Shown here one piece after another: positions 24,756-34,665 of a stretch of 64,000 nt of DNA; the stretch's first letter is position 1; every line of letters starts with the position of its first letter. The notes under the pieces are model-generated. The model was not told the origin of the DNA. It did not search any database and saw only the letters and a list, made by a program, of their open reading frames with translations. The stretch comes from a virus: positions 1 to 64,000 of IMG/VR virus record IMGVR_UViG_3300009285_000003, one strand, 5' to 3'. Position numbers and translations under genes: made by a program.

Positions 24756-27700
24756 TTCAAATCACTCCAATACTTACCCACATGGACATTGACTTTCATT
24801 TCCAACCCCTCCGGTCTAATCTTTGGCTCTGTCATATGTTTCACCTGCTGAGGAATCCACTTCTCCACTACTCCTTCTGGAACCTCATACACTAGCTCAT
24901 CGTGAATCTGGAGTAGCAGGTGAGCCCCATATTCTTCTGCTATGGGGTCTAATTCTATCATGGCTGCTTTGGTTATGTCTGCATTTGAGTTATGTGTTAC
25001 CACCCCACCTACTGCAAATTGACCATATTCTGCGTCTAGTACATCATACATAGGAACAGCCTCTCCCATTTCACTAATTGATCTTACCCGCTGTGCTCTA
25101 CCGTAAAGGGTCCCCCATTCCTTCTTCGGAATAACCCTGTATAACTTTTCCTGTTTCAATGGATTTAGGAACCCTATCCTTTGAGCAAAGGTCCCCACAT
25201 CTCGCTTTGCAACTTGAACTACGGTCCTATCCTTTTCATAGACTCTAATTCGACTGAAGATTCCAAACAATAGAAGCGCCTCTTGAACATCTTGTGCCCA
25301 AATAAGCTTTTTAGACCCCTTGCCAAAGGTTAAAATGGGGCCATCTTGAGAAACTGTACCATCTCCATCAAACAACCCTCTCAAGTAGGAAGAAAGAAGA
25401 GTACTACTACCCCATACAAAATCTGGGATACGCTGTTTAATTCCTTCTTCCTTCAAAAGCTTAGCTAAGGTTGCTCTGGATAAGGTTAAAGAAAGAAGCC
25501 ACTTTCCGGCGGACGGCTTTTGAACTGTACGAATGGTTAGGTGTCCGAGTCGAGCAAGCCCTTCCAATAGACCAGGAAGTATTTCGGCCTCGTGCTCAGC
25601 AACCAGCCAGGTCAACCCAGTTTTCAAAACACTACCATCGGATGCCAGCCTCCCAAGTAGCTCTCCTAGCTTCTCCTCCTCTATATCATTTAGATCTACA
25701 CTTATGCCATTGTGTGCTCTGGGCTTTTGGGACACAGGTAACGTTCTACTAGAACTCCAGAAGGGTGGGGTACTCGTCAATCGGACTCGATCCTGTCCCT
25801 TGATCTCGATAGGTTTCTTCCAAGACTGGACTCCTTTATTGTTCAAAATCAAGAACCTGTGATCGGAAGAACATTGGATAACCTGTCCTCCATATAGCTC
25901 CACCCTTATTAGGGACTTCAATCCACTTGAAACCACTGAAGCTTTGGCCCAGCGTTCTCCATCCCAAATAGTAACTTGTTCTCCAACTAGAAAGGCTATT
26001 GGAATACAGCCTGACTCCTTAGTAAGGATTCTAGAAGATCCTTCTACACAGCCTTGGATAGGCATGTTCACCGCCTCACGAAGGGCCTTCTGATGAAGTG
26101 CTGTAGCCCCCGGAAGACGGAGCGCAGGAAACTGCCTGACTCTTCCGGCTGGTGGTAGGGTCCGCATAAATCCATTCTGTAGTGCGAACTGTCGTTCGTC
26201 TGCCATATGCCTATGGAGTACGGGGTACCCTTCTCGGTGTAGTCTAAGGATTGCTCCTGCCTCTTCCATAGAAAGCCCCGTCTTTTCACTGATTGTATAC
26301 TCCTCTGCTCCATAAGGGATACCAAAGTTAATCGCCTTGGCGAGTCGCTTACTGATTCCTAGTTTTTGCATGGTGTCTTCATGGATGCTCCAACCAGGAG
26401 TTTTGTATCCTTCTACCAGTGCTGGATCTCCAGAGGCATGAGCCATGATACGCATTTCAATCTGATTGTAGTCTGCTCCAACAAAGACATATCCCTCTCT
26501 AACTTGATACATCAACCTGAACATCTCAGGCACCTGTTGTAAATTGGGTCCAGTACAGGACAGCCTACCTGTTTCAGTATTGCACTGATTAAAGGTGGCG
26601 TGAATTACACCTTCCTCACTACTAAGGAAGGTGGATAGCTGCTTCTGCAACCCTCGCTCCATAAGCAAAACTGTAATAGCTGGGTCCAGGTGCTCCAGTT
26701 GCTTCAGTACAAATTCATCTATTGCTGGTCTACCCGTACCAGTAGACTTCAGTACTGGATACCCTTTCTTGTTGTAAAGATAATCTGACATTTGGTCGTA
26801 GGACCTCCGGTCGAAGTCCATCCCCAAAGATACCAGCACCCCCCCCAAATTGTCAAGTTGAGCTTGGACTACTCCTCGCAGCGCCTCTCTTCTAGTTGGA
26901 TCTACTTCAATACCTCTGTCTTTCATCTTCATGAGAATGGGTAGAAGGGGCATCTCAATGTCTGTATAAAGAGGAGACCACATCTCCCAGGATTCAAGCT
27001 GTGGCTTGAAGATGTTGAACAGTCTGAGTGTGTGGTCTACGTCCCCACATGACTTAAGAGCTAGTTGCTCTAGAGGTAGCTGAGTAACATCTACCTTATC
27101 TGTACCAAACAAGTCCTTAAAGGTAAGGTGTCTCTCTCCCAAAACAATCTTTGTTAGTTCTTCCAGGGATTGTCCTTTATAACTAAGCAACCAGGACATC
27201 ACGCGAGTGTCATGAGAGTAGGCATTGTAGTTCCCTATTGCACGAAGGTCGAAGGGGGCGTTGTGCCATATGACCTGGTAGCGCCCGGATAACTCTGCTA
27301 TCAGGCCCCTCACCTGGAACCTATCATTATCAGTCCTCAGTGGGATGTAGAGCCCCTTCTTCTCTCTGCCTGATATAGACAATCCCAGTAAAGTTATATC
27401 TTCCAGCCCAACAGTTTCTGTATCCAGAGCTATTGGCTCCCCCACATCAGGCAATACTCGTCTGAGAGAAGAGGAGTTCCACTCCAGATCCTCAATCTCT
27501 TCAGTGTAGTACTCTTGCTTCTGTCGCACTAATGCAACAGTACCTCTTAGTACTGATTGCTCTGGCTTCTTTCGTTTACCTTTCTTCTCACAGTCATCTG
27601 GCCAAATGTAGGCCCTTGCTCCTTCTGGAACAGAGCCAAAGTGTTCGATGTCTGTGAAGTAGACCTCTCCTTCTCCTCCATATTGAATGGAGTCTGCAAT

Positions 27701-27772
27701 AGGAAACGCCTTTTGTACTTCCTCAGTAAGTTGAAAACAATCGGGCTCATCTATGAGGACTACTACTTTCAC
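24752..27772 (-). CDS. polA: family A DNA polymerase (3'-5' exonuclease plus polymerase domains) interrupted by an intein
   Basis: ORF track, 1006 aa. Motifs seen are Exo I IALDTETVGL, motif A GADYNQIEMRI, motif B RLAKAINFGIPYG and motif C LLQIHDELVYEV. Confidence 0.9.
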   Translation of the reverse strand: MKVVVLIDEPDCFQLTEEVQKAFPIADSIQYGGEGEVYFTDIEHFGSVPEGARAYIWPDDCEKKGKRKKPEQSVLRGTVALVRQKQEYYTEEIEDLEWNSSSLRRVLPDVGEPIALDTETVGLEDITLLGLSISGREKKGLYIPLRTDNDRFQVRGLIAELSGRYQVIWHNAPFDLRAIGNYNAYSHDTRVMSWLLSYKGQSLEELTKIVLGERHLTFKDLFGTDKVDVTQLPLEQLALKSCGDVDHTLRLFNIFKPQLESWEMWSPLYTDIEMPLLPILMKMKDRGIEVDPTRREALRGVVQAQLDNLGGVLVSLGMDFDRRSYDQMSDYLYNKKGYPVLKSTGTGRPAIDEFVLKQLEHLDPAITVLLMERGLQKQLSTFLSSEEGVIHATFNQCNTETGRLSCTGPNLQQVPEMFRLMYQVREGYVFVGADYNQIEMRIMAHASGDPALVEGYKTPGWSIHEDTMQKLGISKRLAKAINFGIPYGAEEYTISEKTGLSMEEAGAILRLHREGYPVLHRHMADERQFALQNGFMRTLPPAGRVRQFPALRLPGATALHQKALREAVNMPIQGCVEGSSRILTKESGCIPIAFLVGEQVTIWDGERWAKASVVSSGLKSLIRVELYGGQVIQCSSDHRFLILNNKGVQSWKKPIEIKGQDRVRLTSTPPFWSSSRTLPVSQKPRAHNGISVDLNDIEEEKLGELLGRLASDGSVLKTGLTWLVAEHEAEILPGLLEGLARLGHLTIRTVQKPSAGKWLLSLTLSRATLAKLLKEEGIKQRIPDFVWGSSTLLSSYLRGLFDGDGTVSQDGPILTFGKGSKKLIWAQDVQEALLLFGIFSRIRVYEKDRTVVQVAKRDVGTFAQRIGFLNPLKQEKLYRVIPKKEWGTLYGRAQRVRSISEMGEAVPMYDVLDAEYGQFAVGGVVTHNSNADITKAAMIELDPIAEEYGAHLLLQIHDELVYEVPEGVVEKWIPQQVKHMTEPKIRPEGLEMKVNVHVGKYWSDLK
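24989..26050 (-). mobile_element. intein with LAGLIDADG homing endonuclease, inserted in ...NMPIQG|SNADITK
   Basis: aa 575-928. It starts CVEGSSRILT, has block B SSDHRFLIL and dodecapeptides LGELLGRLASDGSV and SYLRGLFDGDGTVS, and ends GGVVTHN followed by +1 Ser. Confidence 0.85.
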
Positions 27773-27960
27773 CTATTAGTCCACCATTCCTCCGTCTCAA
27801 TTGTGACAATCTCTTCATGGGTTTTCTCCACCACCTTATAGTACTTCTCAACACCTATCAGTGTGGGAGACCTATAACAATCATCACAACTAACAATGCG
27901 AACTTCAGCCTCTGGATCAAACATCTTTAACGACTGAATCAGGTCCTTAACTGTTGTCAT
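27769..27960 (-). CDS. hypothetical protein
   Basis: ORF track, 63 aa. Confidence 0.6.
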   Translation of the reverse strand: MTTVKDLIQSLKMFDPEAEVRIVSCDDCYRSPTLIGVEKYYKVVEKTHEEIVTIETEEWWTNR

Positions 27961-27975
27961 CTATCTACTAGCCTT

Positions 27976-28248
27976 CTAATCCCACATCATGGGAACCACC
28001 TTAGCCACCTCTGCAAACCACTCATAGTCCCATACGAAAGGCTTATCGTCGTCGTAGCCCTGAACTTGCTCATCCCATACCCTAATCAGACGTATGACCT
28101 CATCCATTTCTGGATGCTCTGCCATAAAAGACTTATTGTCAGTAGCATAGTCCTTCACATAGCACTTCATCTTTTTTGCTGTGTATTCATAGATGTCAGC
28201 ACAGGCGTCCCAACAAGGACGGTGTTTTAATAAGTACTTCAGCTTCAT
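27976..28248 (-). CDS. hypothetical protein
   Basis: ORF track, 90 aa. Confidence 0.6.
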   Translation of the reverse strand: MKLKYLLKHRPCWDACADIYEYTAKKMKCYVKDYATDNKSFMAEHPEMDEVIRLIRVWDEQVQGYDDDKPFVWDYEWFAEVAKVVPMMWD

Positions 28249-28772
28249 AGTTGTTTGGTATACTCCTTCACACTAACTAATACCCCTACCACATCAGGTA
28301 GCAAATCCATTCGTCCCCTCGCCAAAGCCGAAGGATGATACGTAGCTACCCAAGCCCTCCCATCCTTAAACCTCCACAGTCCATTCGCCTTGGCCACTGG
28401 CAGATTCGGAAAAACCTCACGGAAAGCGTAGGCCCCCAACAACACTACAACTTTGGGGTCTACTCTTGCAAGCTCCTCCTCAAAGTAAGGACGGCACGCA
28501 AGGCTCTCAGGAGGCAGTGGCTCCCTTCTTGTTGTGGTGATGTGTTTCACCCAGTTCGTAAGGTAAAGGGCCTCTCTTGCCAGTCCTGCGGTCTGCAATG
28601 CCAGGTTGAGCACCTGGCCTGCTCGTCCTATAAACGGTCGCCCCTCTCTTTGCTCATTCATGCCTGGATTCATGCCCACTAACACTATGTCAGCAGGAGT
28701 AGGACCTTCTCCAGTAACTGCGTTTTCGTAGAGTCCACCTAAGGAGCATAGATTACATTGAAACAGAGACAC
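28245..28772 (-). CDS. uracil-DNA glycosylase, family 4-like
   Basis: ORF track, 175 aa. It contains IVLVGMNPGMNEQREGRPFIGRAGQVLN. Confidence 0.75.
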   Translation of the reverse strand: MSLFQCNLCSLGGLYENAVTGEGPTPADIVLVGMNPGMNEQREGRPFIGRAGQVLNLALQTAGLAREALYLTNWVKHITTTRREPLPPESLACRPYFEEELARVDPKVVVLLGAYAFREVFPNLPVAKANGLWRFKDGRAWVATYHPSALARGRMDLLPDVVGVLVSVKEYTKQL

Positions 28773-28798
28773 TTCTTAGTCCCACATCAGAGGAAAGG

Positions 28799-29134
28799 TC
28801 ACTGGGGCACCAGTTCGTCAACGGCGGCCCTGATCGCAACCACCATGGCCGCGTCGAGATCACCATGGATCACACGATCCGCAATGCGCCGCAACTTCTC
28901 CGGTGGCTCTCGTCCAGCCGTCGCCAAGACGATGATCGGCTTGTCCAGCAGAATGGCGATGGCGAGTTGGATCGCGGGCCATGGGTCATCCTCAAAGTCG
29001 CCCATGTTGGGGTGCCAGAGGCTCACGAAAGCCTCTGTCCCAATGATTAGGCTGATGGTGTCACGCAGGGCTTCGGTGAATGTGCGATCTTTCATCTCAT
29101 CCTCGTGGCCCGAGTTATCCATCTCATCTGTCAT
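28799..29134 (-). CDS. hypothetical protein encoded in a G+C-rich patch
   Basis: ORF track, 111 aa. G/C dominates third codon positions, unlike its neighbours. Confidence 0.55.
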   Translation of the reverse strand: MTDEMDNSGHEDEMKDRTFTEALRDTISLIIGTEAFVSLWHPNMGDFEDDPWPAIQLAIAILLDKPIIVLATAGREPPEKLRRIADRVIHGDLDAAMVVAIRAAVDELVPQ

Positions 29135-29760
29135 ACTCGATAGTCCTTCATATAGGTCTCAATGCTTTTCTGGTAATCTGGGTCTTCATCCAACTTTGCT
29201 TCCTTACAAATCACCCACACCCTCTCACACACTGCCCTCTTCCATCCATCAGGAAGTGCATTGAAGTCAAAGTGGAAACTCTTAAGCATATTGTCCCTCC
29301 AGTGCATAGCCCCACTATCCAATTGATAGTCAGACCACCTATTAAATTGATCTGCTACTTGCTTATCAGTAAACTCTGGCGCTCTACTATCTCCAGCCCA
29401 TTGAGTTACTCCATTAAGGAAGTAAGCATCACAGGCTTCAATAATTGCAGCCCAAATAGCATCTGCTGTTGCTTGGTGAATAGGCGGTATTGTTGCTGCC
29501 ATACCTGGCTCACTTAACTCCTCAAGAACTCTGTCGAATGCAGATAATAGGGCTTCATCATATTCCTCCTGTGTCATCCATAAGGAGTCCATCATCCTGA
29601 CGTACAGATGATTCATTATTACTCCGAACCCGGAGCATTCCATTCTAGCACCTTCTCTTTGCCTCTTTGTGATACTCAGGAGATGCTCTACGAAAGAAGG
29701 GATCAATACTAGGGGAAGATTATCCCTGGCCAAGTATGTCTCCTGGTCTGCTCTGGGCAC
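29131..29760 (-). CDS. hypothetical protein
   Basis: ORF track, 209 aa, GTG start. The start is uncertain. Confidence 0.55.
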   Translation of the reverse strand: MPRADQETYLARDNLPLVLIPSFVEHLLSITKRQREGARMECSGFGVIMNHLYVRMMDSLWMTQEEYDEALLSAFDRVLEELSEPGMAATIPPIHQATADAIWAAIIEACDAYFLNGVTQWAGDSRAPEFTDKQVADQFNRWSDYQLDSGAMHWRDNMLKSFHFDFNALPDGWKRAVCERVWVICKEAKLDEDPDYQKSIETYMKDYRV

Positions 29761-29851
29761 ACAGTTCTGACATATCTCTCCGGATCTCCATCAGGTGTCT
29801 TCTCAGGACTCTTTACTGGCGTACGAACGGGTGCTGTAGTCTCAGCCATTT

Positions 29852-30034
29852 TTATACTCCCTTCCCATCTGTCTTTTCCATGACGTACTCATGTACCCAC
29901 TGAGGTATCGTACTTTTTATTGAAGGTGGTAAAGGACCAAATTGGTCTTCCTCCCACCGAACAAGTATTTCGACTAACATTTCTTCTACACTACTGTAGT
30001 CAAAAGAACCTCCTGACCACATAAACCTAGCCAT
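29852..30034 (-). CDS. hypothetical protein
   Basis: The ORF track gives 29852-30067. The internal ATG 30034 (MARFMWSGG...) fits the upstream ORF's stop. Confidence 0.5.
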   Translation of the reverse strand: MARFMWSGGSFDYSSVEEMLVEILVRWEEDQFGPLPPSIKSTIPQWVHEYVMEKTDGKGV

Positions 30035-30191
30035 TTTCGATCTCCTCTCGACTCTCTTCATAGGCATCTAGTATTCGTGGCCCGCCTTCCATTTTCTCAA
30101 AAGCCCACCAGAAATCTTTAACCACTTCTTCCATTGTTGAACATAGGCTATCCTCTAGCTCTATCTTTAGAGTTAACAATACTCTACTCAT
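30027..30191 (-). CDS. hypothetical small protein, 54 aa
   Basis: MSRVLLTLKIELEDSLCSTMEEVVKDFWWAFEKMEG... It has an ATGA overlap with the stop of 30188-30586. Confidence 0.4.
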   Translation of the reverse strand: MSRVLLTLKIELEDSLCSTMEEVVKDFWWAFEKMEGGPRILDAYEESREEIENG

Positions 30192-30586
30192 TTGTTTTCC
30201 TCTGCTATGTTGTACATATCCAGGTTCAACTTGTCAAAATTGCTCATTTGCTTATCTGTTACCGTAGGACCAATCGCTTCTAGAAAGTCGTTGAGGCCCT
30301 CTTCCATAAGTACCAAATCAGTAAATGCCTGTGCCAACTTCACTCTGAACTCTCTTCCCCCTTCACCAAATGTCTGAGGAGTGAAGTGTTTATGCAGGGT
30401 GAATAACTGTCTCCTGTTCACTGTTAATGGTGAAGTGAGTAGGCTTTTGTCTAGCAGTGCTCTGAAGTGAGTATAGAGAAGACGCACTAAATCTACAACT
30501 GGAGCAGCAGTGTCTTCATCCATATCATCATGGCCTAATAGGTCTAGGAGTTTGTTACATTCTGTTAATGTTATTTCAATTTTCAT
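30188..30586 (-). CDS. hypothetical protein
   Basis: The ORF track gives 30188-30658. ATG 30586 (MKIEITLTE) is preceded by GGAGAGGA. Confidence 0.55.
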   Translation of the reverse strand: MKIEITLTECNKLLDLLGHDDMDEDTAAPVVDLVRLLYTHFRALLDKSLLTSPLTVNRRQLFTLHKHFTPQTFGEGGREFRVKLAQAFTDLVLMEEGLNDFLEAIGPTVTDKQMSNFDKLNLDMYNIAEENK

Positions 30587-30673
30587 GATCTGATCTGTCC
30601 TCTCCGAATAGGCGGTCGTAGGCAACATTTGCTGCCTGCACCGCCGCAGAGTAAGCATAACATGCCTGACTGT

Positions 30674-33388
30674 TTAGCCACAACCCGTGGCTTCTCCGCA
30701 AGTGCCACAGACAAAACACGACCCAGAACGAGACATAATACCCCCACAGTTAGGACAGAGCATACCATGGGTAGTGGGAAGAGGGATGCTGACCGAAGGT
30801 GCCTCGTCCCTCACAGCCATGCCCCCCGTTGCCTTCCATATTCTGGTTGCCCACTCATCAAGTGCTTTTGTATCATCAACATACCCACCCATTGTCCACT
30901 CCGGTTTGAGAACATTGACGTTAGTGGAAACTGGCCAAGGTTCTCCAGGCTTGGGGATGTTCCACAGTGGGGCAAATAGAAACCTCTTCTCCATCCACTG
31001 GAAAATGTAATCCACTACTGACGTACAACTGGGGATGTTCTTATCTCCAGTAAACCCAGCAGGCTCAAACCTCTGTCCCTTGAGCTTCCGAGCAATATCG
31101 GCAAGGGGCACTCCATATTGTAGGGCCAGACTAACCATCACTGCAAAGCTGTCCATCAGCCCACCGAGTGTGCTGCCCTCCTTGGATATGGTAATAAATA
31201 GCTCTCCAGGTGTGCCATCAGGATAGAGCCCCACTGTAAAATATCCATCCTGACCCCCAATCTCGAACTTATGAAGGATGGCATCTCTGGTAGTTGGTAG
31301 CTTCTTACGAGTGCTACTGGGTACTGCAAGATATGAGGCTACTAGCTTATCCATTTCCTCTATCTCATCAGGGGTGTTCTCTTGTGGTCCTATGTACCTA
31401 GAGTCATCTGGTGAATCTACTCCCACAAAATCCCCTTCTATTAAGGTGCTCATTATCTGAGTAGTCTTGCTGTTATCTCTGTACACACTAATACTCTTCA
31501 ACCCTAGTTCCCACGCCCTAATGAACAACTCCCTTATCTGCTGAGGAGTAGTCTCTTCAGGCACATTGACTGTCTTAGAGATACCACCACTGAGATGAGG
31601 TTGTACTGCTGCCATCATAAGAAGGTGGTCTTCTATTGATACACGATTGCTGCCATCAGGGTTACCCATAGCAGTAGTAAATAGTGGGTTATAAAACCTT
31701 TCATCATAGGATAGAGAATTAGGCCAACATTCTGGAATGGTGGTCATACTGCCTCCACCTACTAAAGTCTTGACCTTATTAGGTGCATAGATAGGCTCAA
31801 TACCAGTACTATCACAATCCATCATGAAGCTAATAGTACCAGTAGGAGCAAGAAGTGTTAGTTGAGTGTTACGAATGAAACTTAGGTCTACAGCAAAGGG
31901 GCACACCTCAAAGGCTTCATTCCAGATACTACTTCTTGTGTAGTCCTCTAAGGAATCAAGGTGACGTTCCCAAACTCCTCTGGTGCCCCATTCTTCTAGG
32001 CCCTCGGCTGCCCCAAGCTTCACCCCCAGTTCAATACTAGTTGCATACGCCTGAGCATTCATAAGGGCTGTAATAGAAGCGGCTAAGTCTCTACCTTCTT
32101 CTGAACCATATGGCATCCCAGCCATGAACAACATTGTAGCAAGGTTTGTGTACCCCAGTCCCAACTCTCGATACCTATGAGCATTTTGTGCTATCTCCTC
32201 AGTAGGATAAGAGGACATATCCACCAGAATATCCATAGCCGTAATTAGAATATGGACAGTGTGCTTGAATCCCTCAATATCAAACTGCCCGTTCTTCCAG
32301 TACTTAGCCAAGTTAATTGAAGCTAGATTACAGGCAGTTTTATCCAGACTTAAGAACTCGCTGCAAGGATTTGATGCACGTATCTCTCCAGCCTTAGGGC
32401 GAGTGTGCATCCTGTTGATGGTGTCCTTAAACTGAATACCAGGATCACCACATTCCCAGGCTGCTTTTGCTATGAGGTTGAGCAAATTGGAAGCATTGTC
32501 TACAACCACCCCATCCCCCCATTTCTCAGAGGATGTTTGCCCTTCCTCTCTGTAAGTTAATCCCCATTCTCCACCTGCTATAGCGGCCTCCATGAAGTCA
32601 TCCCCCACCCTCACAGAGTTATTAGCATTCTGAAACTGGACAGAACTCCATGCTTCACCATTCAATCCGAGGTCATACCCTTCCCTTGCCAGCGCTTTCG
32701 CCTTTCTCTCTTCTTTGACTTTGCATTGGATGAACTCTCTGAGGTCTGGGTGGTCGTCATCAAGGATAACCATCTTCGCCGCACGCCGAGTCTTCCCACC
32801 CGACTTGACCGCACCAGCAATAGAGTCTGCTCCCCGCATAAAGGACACTGGCCCACTGGCTGTACCGCTGGTCGAAAGTGGCTCCATGCTTCCCCGCAAC
32901 TTAGACAGGTTAACTCCTGCGCCACTGCCTCCCTTGAAAATAAGGCCCTCATTACGATACCACTCCAGGATTGAATTGATGTTGTCTTCTACTGAGAGAA
33001 TGAAGCAAGCAGAACATTGGGGCTTTTCCTCCACTCCTACATTGAACCAGACTGGGCTATTAAAAGCTGCATGTTGGTTGAGAAGGAGGTATTCTAGCTC
33101 ATCAATGAAAATGAGTCCGTTATCCACGTCTTCATCTGTGTCAAAGTAGCGTAAGTCAAAATCTGCTATAGTGTCAGCTACTCTATGTACTAAATCCTCA
33201 ACATCAGTCTCCTCCCTTCTGAAGTACTTTGACGCAACGATATTAACTGCATCCTGGCTCCATGAAGCAGGTGCTCTAACTCCTTCCAACTTGAATCCAC
33301 TACCGGGAATCTCTGCTGTCCTTGTGACCCATCCAATAGATTCTGTAGGGTCCCAGTTTGTTGTAGTATAGTGACGGTTAAACTTCAT
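30674..33388 (-). CDS. nrdJ: ribonucleotide reductase, class II-like (single large chain with C-terminal zinc ribbon)
   Basis: ORF track, 904 aa. The active-site loop is SNPCSEF. The C-terminus reads CPNCGG...CFVCGTCG. No separate small-subunit gene is in the window. Confidence 0.75.
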   Translation of the reverse strand: MKFNRHYTTTNWDPTESIGWVTRTAEIPGSGFKLEGVRAPASWSQDAVNIVASKYFRREETDVEDLVHRVADTIADFDLRYFDTDEDVDNGLIFIDELEYLLLNQHAAFNSPVWFNVGVEEKPQCSACFILSVEDNINSILEWYRNEGLIFKGGSGAGVNLSKLRGSMEPLSTSGTASGPVSFMRGADSIAGAVKSGGKTRRAAKMVILDDDHPDLREFIQCKVKEERKAKALAREGYDLGLNGEAWSSVQFQNANNSVRVGDDFMEAAIAGGEWGLTYREEGQTSSEKWGDGVVVDNASNLLNLIAKAAWECGDPGIQFKDTINRMHTRPKAGEIRASNPCSEFLSLDKTACNLASINLAKYWKNGQFDIEGFKHTVHILITAMDILVDMSSYPTEEIAQNAHRYRELGLGYTNLATMLFMAGMPYGSEEGRDLAASITALMNAQAYATSIELGVKLGAAEGLEEWGTRGVWERHLDSLEDYTRSSIWNEAFEVCPFAVDLSFIRNTQLTLLAPTGTISFMMDCDSTGIEPIYAPNKVKTLVGGGSMTTIPECWPNSLSYDERFYNPLFTTAMGNPDGSNRVSIEDHLLMMAAVQPHLSGGISKTVNVPEETTPQQIRELFIRAWELGLKSISVYRDNSKTTQIMSTLIEGDFVGVDSPDDSRYIGPQENTPDEIEEMDKLVASYLAVPSSTRKKLPTTRDAILHKFEIGGQDGYFTVGLYPDGTPGELFITISKEGSTLGGLMDSFAVMVSLALQYGVPLADIARKLKGQRFEPAGFTGDKNIPSCTSVVDYIFQWMEKRFLFAPLWNIPKPGEPWPVSTNVNVLKPEWTMGGYVDDTKALDEWATRIWKATGGMAVRDEAPSVSIPLPTTHGMLCPNCGGIMSRSGSCFVCGTCGEATGCG
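30779..30827 (-). repeat. dispersed element copy 4 (inside the RNR C-terminal linker)
   Basis: The plus strand reads GAGGGATGCTGACC at 30781-30794. It is translated as ...GMAVRDEAPSVSIPLPT... Confidence 0.8.
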
Positions 33389-33509
33389 ACTTACTCCTCT
33401 CTTCTTGCCTCTCTGCTATCCAGACTTGTAGGAAAATACACCTTACGGAGGTAGGACTAAACGGGCCATCAACCTCCATTGTCCAGGCCACCCCAGAATT
33501 AACAAAATT

Positions 33510-33938
33510 CTAACCCTTCGGCCCCTCGGTTCTTTTCCAGGTCATCTGGTTTCTATCCATCCTCTTATCCAGGGCCTCCGGGAAATCTTTCAAGTAGTAC
33601 ACAAGGGACTCTAACATCCGCAAGACCTTTTCCTTGGCCCCTTTCTTGGTAGTGCCATATCCAGTAATACCTTGTTTCACAATTCTACCTGCCCAGTACC
33701 CATCTGAAAGCTCGACGAATGTTAGCTCCCCCTTCAGGTCAATTTCAATGCCGTGACCTACGTACTTCAATTCATTCTCCCTAAATCTACATACTCTGCT
33801 GAGATCTATCAAGGACATAGCAGTCCTTCCTACATATCCTTCTAGTTGCCAGGCCATGCCAGTATCAACCAGTTCCTGATAACAGTTAATAACCTCTTCT
33901 TCTGTAGCTTCATCGTTCCAAAGTGCTGACAGGTTCAC
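33510..33938 (-). CDS. hypothetical protein (C-half HicB-like by eye)
   Basis: ORF track, 142 aa. Confidence 0.55.
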   Translation of the reverse strand: MNLSALWNDEATEEEVINCYQELVDTGMAWQLEGYVGRTAMSLIDLSRVCRFRENELKYVGHGIEIDLKGELTFVELSDGYWAGRIVKQGITGYGTTKKGAKEKVLRMLESLVYYLKDFPEALDKRMDRNQMTWKRTEGPKG

Positions 33939-34140
33939 CCTTCTTCTCCTTTGGCCACTTAGCCGCTAAACCATACTTGCGGTACTTCTCCACACATTCC
34001 TGGCAGGCAAAGGCCACTCCTCTTCTACGGTCGTCCTTGCGAAGGGTAGATACAAAGTACACGGCCTTTCTATCTGGATGTCTACGACAGTTCTCTACCT
34101 CGAAAGGCCCAAGTACGGCACGGATGAAGATGGGATTCAT
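33910..34140 (-). CDS. hypothetical protein
   Basis: ORF track, 76 aa. Confidence 0.55.
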   Translation of the reverse strand: MNPIFIRAVLGPFEVENCRRHPDRKAVYFVSTLRKDDRRRGVAFACQECVEKYRKYGLAAKWPKEKKGEPVSTLER

Positions 34141-34490
34141 TGATTTCTTAGAGTATCCAACGTCCTAACAACGTCATCCAGTCCCATCCTTAGCAGAGCT
34201 TCCCTAACCTCCTCCCCAGTGCCTGCATAGGAGAACTGATCCCCAAACTCAATGTCTGTTTCCCCACGGAACACCCTGAAGATATAGTTATTGTGAAGTC
34301 CCCCAGCTGCTTCTGTCCCCCAGTTGATATTCCTTAGGGCTGCGGCAACCTTTTCTACCCCCCATTCAGCACCTGGGTCATCTCCATCCTCATAGCCAAA
34401 CTTCATAAAGGCTTCATACGGGTCTAGTTCTATGTTAAGTTTCACAGCGCCCACCCACCAACAAAAAGTCCTAAGAGAAACCCAATCCAC
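34137..34490 (-). CDS. hypothetical protein (start uncertain)
   Basis: ORF track, 117 aa. Alternative in-frame starts are GTG 34445 and a downstream ATG (MKFGYEDG). Confidence 0.5.
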   Translation of the reverse strand: MDWVSLRTFCWWVGAVKLNIELDPYEAFMKFGYEDGDDPGAEWGVEKVAAALRNINWGTEAAGGLHNNYIFRVFRGETDIEFGDQFSYAGTGEEVREALLRMGLDDVVRTLDTLRNQ

Positions 34491-34665
34491 ATTCCTAACA
34501 TGATACCAATACGGAGACCCCTATACCCCCAGGCAATCCAGAGTTTAGTTGCCTCTTCCTGTGTTATCGTCGCCACTTCCTCTTCCTTTCGGTTTCTTGT
34601 TGTTCTTCCCACTCTGTGGAAGTAGGGCCTTGAGTCCCTCTACGGTAAGTACCCATCTCTCTGGC

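Noticed and set aside
34446-34665. A hydrophobic reading frame (...LWIAWGYRGLRIGIMLGMWIGFLLGLFVGGWAL*) ending in a GTGA overlap with the next gene.
   Set aside because: There is no ATG, GTG or TTG start upstream of the hydrophobic part; the only starts are internal ATGs giving fewer than 20 aa. I could not support it as a CDS.
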